From a virus (lineage: Duplodnaviria > Caudoviricetes), in IMG/VR virus record IMGVR_UViG_3300028601_000026, positions 25,984-89,983 of that record: a stretch of DNA of 64,000 nucleotides. One strand, written 5' to 3'. The notes beneath the pieces are model-generated. The model was not told where the DNA came from. It did no database searches and worked only from the letters and a program-made list of their open reading frames with translations. The position numbers and the translations under genes are program-made. Each line of letters opens with the position of its first letter. Position 1 is the stretch's first letter. This document shows, piece by piece, positions 1 to 7,946 of the stretch.

Positions 1-2
1 GG

Positions 3-836
3 GATTATTTCAGCCTCCACTACTTTGGAAAAGCTCCTTTAGTCCTGAATGTGCAGGGAGTGCTCTTAGACACCTCCAGTAATCTGGGTAAGGAGAACTT
101 TCAATCCTGGTACCGCCATGTCCTCCGCCTCTCTCAGGTGGCGCTCACCGGGGTAGCACCTCATCTGTGTTTTCGCGGCTACATGGTACAGGGGGCTATG
201 CTGGGCCTGTCTTTGTCCGAGTCGGCAGAAGGGGAAGGCCAGGTAGCTTTTAGCTTCGAATATCTGGTGTTTACCTTAAAGCTGAACAACCCCACCAACA
301 CGGCTTTGGGTATTACCGGGGTAGAAGTTGAGTATAACCGGGTTTTGACTCCTTCTGCCTATGAAGAGGCCGCGGAAGCTTCCTACTCCGTCAAAGAGAT
401 TAAGGTTTCCTCAGGCGGAGAGCCCGTCTCAGTTACGGATGAAGAAGGGAATCGGGTTTCTCAGGCTTCCGATTATCTGACGTACCCGACGACAGGGCCC
501 TACTATGCCAGCGAATTCAAGTGCCGTTGCAATGGCAAATACTGCACGGATAACAAAATCTCTTCTCGCCTCATTTCTTTGCTGAATGAATCTGCCAAGT
601 CCTTGGGGAAATTCCCGGTAAACAGTGGCTATCGCTGCTATTTGTACAATGCAGCCGTAGGGGGGAAGAGCAGCAGCTACCATACCAGGGGGTTGGCTGC
701 AGATTTGGCTATTCCAAAGTCTATGCAAGCTAAGGCCTGTCAGGTGTTCAAGCAGCTCGGGTTTAAGGGTTTCGGATTTTATAACACGTTTTTGCATGTG
801 GACCTGCGTAGCTACCATGCTACTTGGAAGGGATAA
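3..836 (+). CDS. Tail/baseplate-associated protein with C-terminal peptidase M15 (Zn D-Ala-D-Ala carboxypeptidase-like) domain; 5'-truncated
   Basis: Frame is open from position 3 (DYFSLHYFGKAPLVLNVQGVLLD), upstream of the track start at 51. C-terminus has M15_3 motifs VNSGYRC-YNAAVGG-SSYH-GLAADL and FLHVDLR. Confidence 0.75.
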   Translation, partial: DYFSLHYFGKAPLVLNVQGVLLDTSSNLGKENFQSWYRHVLRLSQVALTGVAPHLCFRGYMVQGAMLGLSLSESAEGEGQVAFSFEYLVFTLKLNNPTNTALGITGVEVEYNRVLTPSAYEEAAEASYSVKEIKVSSGGEPVSVTDEEGNRVSQASDYLTYPTTGPYYASEFKCRCNGKYCTDNKISSRLISLLNESAKSLGKFPVNSGYRCYLYNAAVGGKSSSYHTRGLAADLAIPKSMQAKACQVFKQLGFKGFGFYNTFLHVDLRSYHATWKG

Positions 837-839
837 ATT

Positions 840-2681
840 ATGCCCACCAATGCCTACAGCCTTTCCTACAAAGTTTTTATCGCGGGAGTGGAGGTACCCT
901 GCCATTCCGTACAGGTGATGCAGAGCTTTAACGCGCTGCCTCGGTGCACTCTTGGGTTGGAACCAGATTCTCGGTTGTTTGGTCTGGGGCGCCAGGACCG
1001 TGTGCCTGTACAGGTATTTGTTTCCAACCACTTCCAAGGCAAGGCGGAGGAATATCTGCTGCTTTTCGAAGGAGAAGTAGAAAGCTCCGGGTACACCAAC
1101 ACCGCGACAGGCCGTAATTTTGTCATCAACTGTCAGAGCATCCTGGCTTTTCTGCAGGATATCAAGGTACAGCTGATGCAAAACCTGAATGACGAGGCTT
1201 ACAAGCTGTCTCCAGGAAACACTTATTCCTATATTCACGGGGGGTTCATCCCGGAGCATGGCTTTCCCATGTGCCTGTTCCTGCGCGGGGTAGGAGGCTA
1301 TACCAGCTCTGATGGGGGCTCCGAGGTGTTCAAGTACCCTTCTGAGTTCCTGATCAACGCGCTGCAGCTTGTCTCCTCCACTTCAGGGCAATCTGAAATC
1401 GGCAAGTTTTACGCGGAGTACATGCGCCGCTGGCGGGTGGATCTGCGGTACGCTATTCTGCCCTACTTTGATGACAATCAAGCCTCTTTTAACGGAGACG
1501 GCTTTCCCTTGCTCCGAGGCACCAGCCTGGCTGCCAGAAGTCAGCAGTTATCCAAACTGATCGGGGCGGTGCCGAGCAATGACTCTTTGTTCGGGCTGCT
1601 GACTTATATCGTCAGCCATATGGAGTATGAGTTCGCGTTTTTCTCCACTCCGCGCTACAGCCAGGGGCGTCTTCACAGCATGTGTCTTAAGCCTTTGATG
1701 TACGACGCTCTGCCTCCTCGATGCAACGTGATGTTTCGATCCATGGTGGAAAGCCTCTCCTGTGGAGAAACCGTATACGGAGTACCCACGCGGATTCGGA
1801 CGGCGGACTCCTCCAGTGTCGGGGCCCTACTTACTCAGGGGGACAACACTCCCTTGGCAGAACAAATCACCCTGCAGTATTACCCACGTACCCTGCAAGG
1901 AGAGCGTCCCTCCGCGGGCAGCAGTACCCACCCCATGGTGTCTGAGATTCTTGAAAACGAGAAGTACACCGGACCTTTTCTGTTCGATACCATTGCTCCT
2001 CCCTGGCTGACGTACATCAGTCCCAAATACACAGCGCCTAAGTTGGACAGCGCTGTTCCGGAGAACGAAGGTGGGCAGCAGTTCACTCAGGACCTGGAGT
2101 TTGCCGACAGGGCGCGTCAGAGCATGCTGCTTTTAAAACGGTATGAACCGACCTCTGCTCAGGTGGCTCTGGCGTTTAATCCGTTCATTACCCCGGGTTT
2201 TCCCGGAGTGGTGTACGACAACGTGGACCTTGGCGTAAAAAGCTTCACTATGGTGGGCCAGGTGTTGTCGTTAACCCATACCCTTGGCAAGAACGTGGCC
2301 AGCACTACCGTGGAGATGGGCTTCGTGCGTACCCTGGAAGATGCCTATAAGGACGGTAAGCCTACCCTCAAAAATAGCTATGCCATCATTTCTGAGGAAG
2401 TGACCCATGTACCTGAAAAGATAGGAGGCCTGTATAAGAGTCTGCTGGGCTGTTCTGCCGCTTCGTTTGAAGAGATCGAAAAGCTGGGCACAGGCAATGA
2501 GCAGGAGGAGCCTCGTTTGGCTTATAGGTACAACAATCGAGAGATAGTTACTTTGCAGCAGTACTTCGAGTTTGTTAATGACAAGGAAACCGGAGTGCTC
2601 AGCCAACGACGAAATTCTGGCTTGCGCAGTTTGTTGGAAGAAATTGCACAGGAAGTTACCAGCAATGTTATCTATGATTAG
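840..2681 (+). CDS. Baseplate hub / tail protein (gp27/GpD-like)
   Basis: 613 aa; beta-rich N-terminus (KVFIAGVEVP...LLLFEGEV...FVINCQS), late FNPFITPGFPG motif, position upstream of gp25-like and baseplate J genes. Confidence 0.6.
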   Translation: MPTNAYSLSYKVFIAGVEVPCHSVQVMQSFNALPRCTLGLEPDSRLFGLGRQDRVPVQVFVSNHFQGKAEEYLLLFEGEVESSGYTNTATGRNFVINCQSILAFLQDIKVQLMQNLNDEAYKLSPGNTYSYIHGGFIPEHGFPMCLFLRGVGGYTSSDGGSEVFKYPSEFLINALQLVSSTSGQSEIGKFYAEYMRRWRVDLRYAILPYFDDNQASFNGDGFPLLRGTSLAARSQQLSKLIGAVPSNDSLFGLLTYIVSHMEYEFAFFSTPRYSQGRLHSMCLKPLMYDALPPRCNVMFRSMVESLSCGETVYGVPTRIRTADSSSVGALLTQGDNTPLAEQITLQYYPRTLQGERPSAGSSTHPMVSEILENEKYTGPFLFDTIAPPWLTYISPKYTAPKLDSAVPENEGGQQFTQDLEFADRARQSMLLLKRYEPTSAQVALAFNPFITPGFPGVVYDNVDLGVKSFTMVGQVLSLTHTLGKNVASTTVEMGFVRTLEDAYKDGKPTLKNSYAIISEEVTHVPEKIGGLYKSLLGCSAASFEEIEKLGTGNEQEEPRLAYRYNNREIVTLQQYFEFVNDKETGVLSQRRNSGLRSLLEEIAQEVTSNVIYD

Positions 2682-2695
2682 GTTAGGAGATTTTC

Positions 2696-3451
2696 ATGCC
2701 CACAGCTCTGTCGGCGGCTATAGGTGCTTCAGCTTCCCCCTCTTCCAAGGAGGAAGATCTCCGTTTATGGAAGGTTTACCACACTTCCCGGTCTCCCAAG
2801 GATCGGGAGGCTCTGCTTAAGCGTCTGGATCCGATACTGCAATCCCAAGTCAACAAGTGGGCAGGCCCGGTACCTCGCGGGGTATTGGAGAATGAGGCTA
2901 TGGTTTTGGCAGCGAAGGCCTTGGATACCTACAACCCCAATCTGGGAGCGGCTCTGTCTACGCATATTGTGAACAACCTCGCACCCATCAGTCGCCTGGT
3001 CTACACCTACCAGAATGCTGCGCGGATTCCAGAGAATATCACTTTGAAACTGCGCACCTTCAACGATGCCAAGGAACGGTTGACGGTGACCCACGGTTTT
3101 ACTCCCACTGTGGATCAGCTCCACCAGGAACTGGGGTGGAGTGTAAATGAGCTTAACCGTGTCGAGAACTCGATGCGTAACGATTTGGTGGAGTCCGTAG
3201 GGGGCTTGGATGACCGCTTTTTCAGCTCGGTTGCAGACGACGAGGAGGATATGCTGGAGGCCCTCTATTTTGATCTTCTTCCGGAGGAGAAAAAGCTGTT
3301 TGAATTGGTAACCGGGTTTCATGGGCGCAAGGTGTGCTCTAACCCGGAGATCATGCAGGCTATGGGGTGGTCACAGGCTCAGCTGTCTTATAAAAAAAGG
3401 TTGCTCACCAAGCGTATTGCAGAGCTGAGCCAGAGGTATAAACATGCGTAG
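2696..3451 (+). CDS. Sigma-70 family sigma factor (phage-encoded, SigB/FliA-like size)
   Basis: Region 2-like ALDTYNPNLGAALSTHI, ARIPE motif, region 3 HTH-like TPTVDQLHQELGWSVNEL, region 4-like LLPEEKKLFELVTG...NPEIMQAMGWS; RBS ggag. Confidence 0.75.
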   Translation: MPTALSAAIGASASPSSKEEDLRLWKVYHTSRSPKDREALLKRLDPILQSQVNKWAGPVPRGVLENEAMVLAAKALDTYNPNLGAALSTHIVNNLAPISRLVYTYQNAARIPENITLKLRTFNDAKERLTVTHGFTPTVDQLHQELGWSVNELNRVENSMRNDLVESVGGLDDRFFSSVADDEEDMLEALYFDLLPEEKKLFELVTGFHGRKVCSNPEIMQAMGWSQAQLSYKKRLLTKRIAELSQRYKHA

Positions 3452-3806
3452 TGCATTGGCGCAAGCGGTTACCGTTCTGCAGGGTATGCTGGAGGGACAG
3501 ATGGCTCTTGCAGCAAACTCCGGGGGGGATTCCATTGATCTGCAGGATCTGAAATTATCTCAAGATGTTTTGGACGCTATGGCTGAATTGGCTTTTTCCC
3601 CGAAAGCCGTAGCTGCAACTTCTCAGATCGCTCGACGGGAAACCTACGATTTTTTACGCGCATTGGGCAGACTTACCGATGTTCATCAACTTACACGAGC
3701 CACCTATTATCAGCGCGTGGCCAGTGAGGCGGCAACACAGATAACTCAGCTGCAATATCTGCAAGCCGTCCTTTCTTCCTTTGAGCAGCATGGGGCAGGT
3801 GCTTGA
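3444..3806 (+). CDS. Hypothetical helical protein in baseplate operon
   Basis: 120 aa ORF overlapping neighbours on both sides. Confidence 0.65.
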   Translation: MRSALAQAVTVLQGMLEGQMALAANSGGDSIDLQDLKLSQDVLDAMAELAFSPKAVAATSQIARRETYDFLRALGRLTDVHQLTRATYYQRVASEAATQITQLQYLQAVLSSFEQHGAGA

Positions 3807-4252
3807 TGCAGGACCTACGAATATACCGCAGGACCGGGAATTTTGACGTGATTTATCAAGGGGCTGAGGAGATGGAGGGCAGCCTCCTTTCAGAGGCCCC
3901 GGCAGCTGCTATCGAGGTGCTGGCCAATCGAGTGGTCAAGTTCATGCTGACCTCTCGAGGTACCGACGTATTTGATTCGGATTATGGCTCCTACTTGCCT
4001 ACCTATACACAGGTAGCACAGAGCCTGGTTCCACGGATGCGCTTGGAGGTGATGGATGATCTGAAGCGCTGCCAAGCATATCTTCAGCAAGCAGATCAGG
4101 AGCAAGACAACAGTTACAAGCTGTTTTCCCTGACCTTGCGGGAATTCCGTTATGATCCTACCAAGGACCGTGGACGGATCGATGTGGTGATAGAAGTGCT
4201 ATCCGTAGAGGGGGAAAAAGCCTTGTTGGATCTTCCTTACACCTTCAAATAG
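3803..4252 (+). CDS. Baseplate wedge subunit, gp25/GPW-like
   Basis: NRVVKFMLTSRGTDVFDSDYGSYL matches the gp25 LxTxxGxxxxxPxYG pattern; directly precedes baseplate J. Confidence 0.8.
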   Translation: MMQDLRIYRRTGNFDVIYQGAEEMEGSLLSEAPAAAIEVLANRVVKFMLTSRGTDVFDSDYGSYLPTYTQVAQSLVPRMRLEVMDDLKRCQAYLQQADQEQDNSYKLFSLTLREFRYDPTKDRGRIDVVIEVLSVEGEKALLDLPYTFK

Positions 4253-4306
4253 CTCAGGCTTTTATCCATTATATTGTAACCTTTCCTATGAATAGGTAGC
4301 TACCCT

Positions 4307-5884
4307 ATGGCAAATATCACGTTCTCTTCCTCGGATCTTCAGGAAGCCCGCAACTTTTTGATTCAGTACCTTCGGGATGCCAACTATCTCGGGTCTTTGA
4401 ATGAGGGCACCGCAGCCAATGATATTCTGGTGCGCGGGATGTCCCTGCTGTACCAGCTTTTCAAGTACGACGTACAGCGGGCTTCTGCCTACCTGTCCTT
4501 GGCGCGGGCGCAGGAACTGCAGACCGAGCTGGGCACCGAATATGACACGGTGGTGGATGCTATCCTGAGCAATTGGTTTGTGACGCGCAAGCAGGGGGAT
4601 AAGGCTTTCGGCACTCTCCGGTTGTTCTTTTCCAAACCTGTAGGCTTTTTGGAGATCAATCAGAGCCAGGCGCTGGCATTGATCGGGGGTGAGGTTTTTT
4701 ACCCGGCTGCGGATACGGTACTGACCCCGGCCAGCTTCACCTCTATCGTCAATGCCATCGAACATGTCACAGAGTTCTACGTGGATATCCTGGTGCGAGC
4801 AGCGAATCCATCGGATGTGGAGGTCAAGGCCGGAGCGGAGGCTACCTCCTACCTGACCAACGTCTTTTTTCTACGCAGTGAAGTTCCAGATAACTTCTAC
4901 GTAGGAAGCACCGTGGAGACCTCTGAGGAATTCATTACCCGCACGCGAAAGGTCATCACCACTCGGGAAATGATTACCGATAGGGCTATCAACACCGTCC
5001 TGTTGGATGCCTACCTAGGTATTCAGAACCTGTATATCGCGGGGTATGGAAGTACCGAACAGATGCGGGATGTGGTGCAGTTTGATTTGATTGATGTGCA
5101 TGTCGGCAACAAAGCGGACATCTACGTCAAGCAGGCTCTGGAGAAAAAAGAACAGCTGCTGCAGGTTGTAGACGGCAAGGTCAGCTATCTGGGGATCTCT
5201 GACGGAATCGATAGCACTACGGAACCTGTGGTGACTCAGCTTGCCGGGATAGTCTCTTTGATGACTGCGGAAGACCCTGATGCCGAACCTGACCCCGCTT
5301 TTACTCCCCAACCGGTAGCTTACACTCTGAGCAATACTTCGGAAACCACCTGGGCCTGCTATGGAAAGCTGCCCGACATTACGCCTTCCGGGGTGGCGGA
5401 GGGATCTTTCGTTACACTGACCTATCTCACAGATAGCGTGGTGGATTCAGTACACGCCTTTGTCTATGCTGAGGAAAACCGTGTCGTGTGCTACGATCCG
5501 GTGGTAAAAACTCTGTTTCCGGTATGCTTGTCAGGCACTTTGACGTTGCGGGTTTCCGTGGCATTGGGACAAACTCTGGAGGAGATCGCGGCTTCGGCAC
5601 GGGCGGTCGTCAAGAACCATATCAACACCATCCCTCCTGGCAGCACTCTCATTCTTTCGGATCTTATCAAGGAAATTCATCAGAAAGTCCCCGGGCTGTT
5701 GCATGTGGTGCTGCCTGCTACTCTCAGCTATTCCCTGTTTGACCCCTTGTCTTTGACTGAGGTGACGGGATCCATCTCCGACAAGTTCGCCATTCCGGAG
5801 AGCCTTTCCAAACAAATTTCCTGGAATACCCTACAGTTCTACACGGATTCTGATTTCCTGACTCTGCAGCTGGAGGAATACTGA
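4307..5884 (+). CDS. Baseplate J-like wedge protein (gp6-like)
   Basis: NWFVTRKQGDKAFGTLRLFFS, VETSEEFITRTR, C-terminal HINTIPPGSTLILSDLIKEI; standard gp25-J order. Confidence 0.8.
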   Translation: MANITFSSSDLQEARNFLIQYLRDANYLGSLNEGTAANDILVRGMSLLYQLFKYDVQRASAYLSLARAQELQTELGTEYDTVVDAILSNWFVTRKQGDKAFGTLRLFFSKPVGFLEINQSQALALIGGEVFYPAADTVLTPASFTSIVNAIEHVTEFYVDILVRAANPSDVEVKAGAEATSYLTNVFFLRSEVPDNFYVGSTVETSEEFITRTRKVITTREMITDRAINTVLLDAYLGIQNLYIAGYGSTEQMRDVVQFDLIDVHVGNKADIYVKQALEKKEQLLQVVDGKVSYLGISDGIDSTTEPVVTQLAGIVSLMTAEDPDAEPDPAFTPQPVAYTLSNTSETTWACYGKLPDITPSGVAEGSFVTLTYLTDSVVDSVHAFVYAEENRVVCYDPVVKTLFPVCLSGTLTLRVSVALGQTLEEIAASARAVVKNHINTIPPGSTLILSDLIKEIHQKVPGLLHVVLPATLSYSLFDPLSLTEVTGSISDKFAIPESLSKQISWNTLQFYTDSDFLTLQLEEY

Positions 5885-7338
5885 TGGCTCTCATCTCGTA
5901 TACCCGTGATCCTGAGCTGTACGGATACTCCGACCGGTACATGAAGGAGGCTTTGGAGCGGGGCGCAACTACCCGTAACTTCCTCAGTGCTCTTGGGGAC
6001 TATTGGACGGAGTACTTCAAAGACCGGGAGTCCCTGCAACGGGTACTGTCCGGATCTTTTGAACTGCTGGCAACCCAGTACAACAGCCTCCTGGGCCGGG
6101 TCCTGTGCAGCTCACTGATTACGGCTCCGATTCATCTGCCGATTAAGCACAGGCTATTGGTGTTTGACCGTACCCAGGCCACTTATGTCTCTGATCCGGG
6201 TACTGGAGAGCTTCTGTATCTGGACTACCCTTTGAAAGGGATGGAGGACTTATCCTATCTGGTGAGCTCACTCTTTGAGCCGAATGTAGCTCTGCAGCAG
6301 GGGGTGCATTTCTCTCTGGAAGATGAGACTCTGCGCTTTTACGTGGATATTTTCACGGATCCCGTAATCATCGAGGGGGCGTACTCCGTGGAGATGCCCT
6401 CCTCTCAGTATGTCTTGTTCTGGGCTACCAATGTCTTGCTTATTGAGAGCTACCTGTATGAGCGCTTTGGACACTTCCTGTATCAGCAGGAAGTTAATAG
6501 CCTCGAGTACAAGTTGCTATTGGAGGCATTGCAGTTTTTCTTCGTCAATGCCAAGAGCGTGACAAACATTGAGTCCATCCTTAACATTTTGTACGGGTTC
6601 CCCTATGCCCGGTATGCTGGGGAGGTCGTTCAAGCGATCAATCCCCGAATCACTTTTCTGGAATCCGGAGATATCGACCCCTCTTCTTACTACGAGGTAG
6701 TCACCGACCATAACACTTACCAGGTGTTTTTCTACGGGGAACTCTTGGTGGAGGTGGGCACTCCTCTGCAGAAGTACCAACTGATTGCTCGCTGGAACCG
6801 GGTAAATGACTACATCTCAAACCCGGACTGGTACAACGATGTCATGCTGCCCAAGGATTTGGTGGAGGACTTTAGGCACCCGGATCACCTGTTGGACCCT
6901 AAGCCTTTCTACCTGGCGCGTAATGGAGGCTCTTCCACCGAGCAGTACCTGTATGATTTAATGGATCAGGTGTTGAAATACAACCTGGTTTATATCTCGG
7001 CACAGATCAATGACCACACAGCAACCAATACCAGAAACCGTCTGCTTAATCTTTACGAGATTATTCGGGAGGGCTTTCCTGTCTATTTGTATCCGCTGAT
7101 AGACATGTTTATGCGGATCACCTATGCGGAAGTGGGACCGAAATCTCAGGAAGACAGCACCTTTACACTTGGAATGGCGCCCAGTGGAGACCTTTCCTAC
7201 CGTATAAGTATGGGCAAGTATCACAACGGGCAGCACTATCGTTTCGGAACCATCACTCGGCAACCTGCCAGCGTAGACACAGCTACCATGTCCGTTTTCA
7301 ACACAGATAATGAGGAATTGGAAGCACAGTCTTTTTGA
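5884..7338 (+). CDS. Baseplate wedge protein (gp7/tail protein I-like)
   Basis: 484 aa, coupled to J (tgatg); KLLLEALQFFFVNAKSVTNIESILNILYGFP segment; synteny. Confidence 0.55.
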   Translation: MALISYTRDPELYGYSDRYMKEALERGATTRNFLSALGDYWTEYFKDRESLQRVLSGSFELLATQYNSLLGRVLCSSLITAPIHLPIKHRLLVFDRTQATYVSDPGTGELLYLDYPLKGMEDLSYLVSSLFEPNVALQQGVHFSLEDETLRFYVDIFTDPVIIEGAYSVEMPSSQYVLFWATNVLLIESYLYERFGHFLYQQEVNSLEYKLLLEALQFFFVNAKSVTNIESILNILYGFPYARYAGEVVQAINPRITFLESGDIDPSSYYEVVTDHNTYQVFFYGELLVEVGTPLQKYQLIARWNRVNDYISNPDWYNDVMLPKDLVEDFRHPDHLLDPKPFYLARNGGSSTEQYLYDLMDQVLKYNLVYISAQINDHTATNTRNRLLNLYEIIREGFPVYLYPLIDMFMRITYAEVGPKSQEDSTFTLGMAPSGDLSYRISMGKYHNGQHYRFGTITRQPASVDTATMSVFNTDNEELEAQSF

Positions 7339-7371
7339 CTTTTTTTTTATTAAGAAATACCCCTCCTGTGT

Positions 7372-7384
7372 CCACTATCTAATA
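7372..7384 (+). promoter_or_regulatory. Candidate late promoter motif CCACTATCTAATA
   Basis: 12/13 identical to CCATTATCTAATA at 41474-41486; both lie 30-45 nt upstream of a plus-strand structural gene. Confidence 0.45.
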
Positions 7385-7427
7385 GTTCATCCCTGAAACA
7401 CTCCTTCGTCCTGCCAAAGGAACTTCT

Positions 7428-7931
7428 ATGCAAGAAGCCTATCCCACCCTGGGTAAATGCCGGGGTCATATCCACATTGATGCCTATGATCGACAAGATT
7501 TTCTGGTGCACTCCTGGGATTTTGAGAACCTGATTGTTCAGGGAGCCTGCCGTATTTCTGCACAGACCTTGTCCGGGAATACTGACTATCGTATCAGTCG
7601 GGTAGCTCTCGGGAACGACAGTGCTGCCCCGACCACTAACGACACCAACATCGGGGGAATCTTCACGGAGGCTCTGGTTCTCGGAGCCAATACCGTTGGA
7701 GAAGATATGGTCGCTTGGGTAGCTTCCATCACGGGAGTGCCGGAGTTTCCAGATGCCGCAACAATGCGCGTTTCTTGGAATGTCGGCTACGATGAAGCCA
7801 ATGGCCTGTCCGTCTGTGAGTTGGGGTTGCTGTCTGAGAATAATGTGCTGTTTTCTCGAAAGACGCGTTCCATGGTGGTTAAGGACGCTTCCATCCGTTT
7901 GGCGGGCACCTGGTCGATAACCTTCGTTTAA
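7428..7931 (+). CDS. Tail-collar/fibre attachment protein (DUF3751-like)
   Basis: RVALGNDSAAPTTNDT and CELGLLSENNVLFSRKT patterns typical of phage tail-collar fibre proteins; precedes the fibre gene. Confidence 0.55.
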   Translation: MQEAYPTLGKCRGHIHIDAYDRQDFLVHSWDFENLIVQGACRISAQTLSGNTDYRISRVALGNDSAAPTTNDTNIGGIFTEALVLGANTVGEDMVAWVASITGVPEFPDAATMRVSWNVGYDEANGLSVCELGLLSENNVLFSRKTRSMVVKDASIRLAGTWSITFV

Positions 7932-7946
7932 TAAAGGATACTGCAC

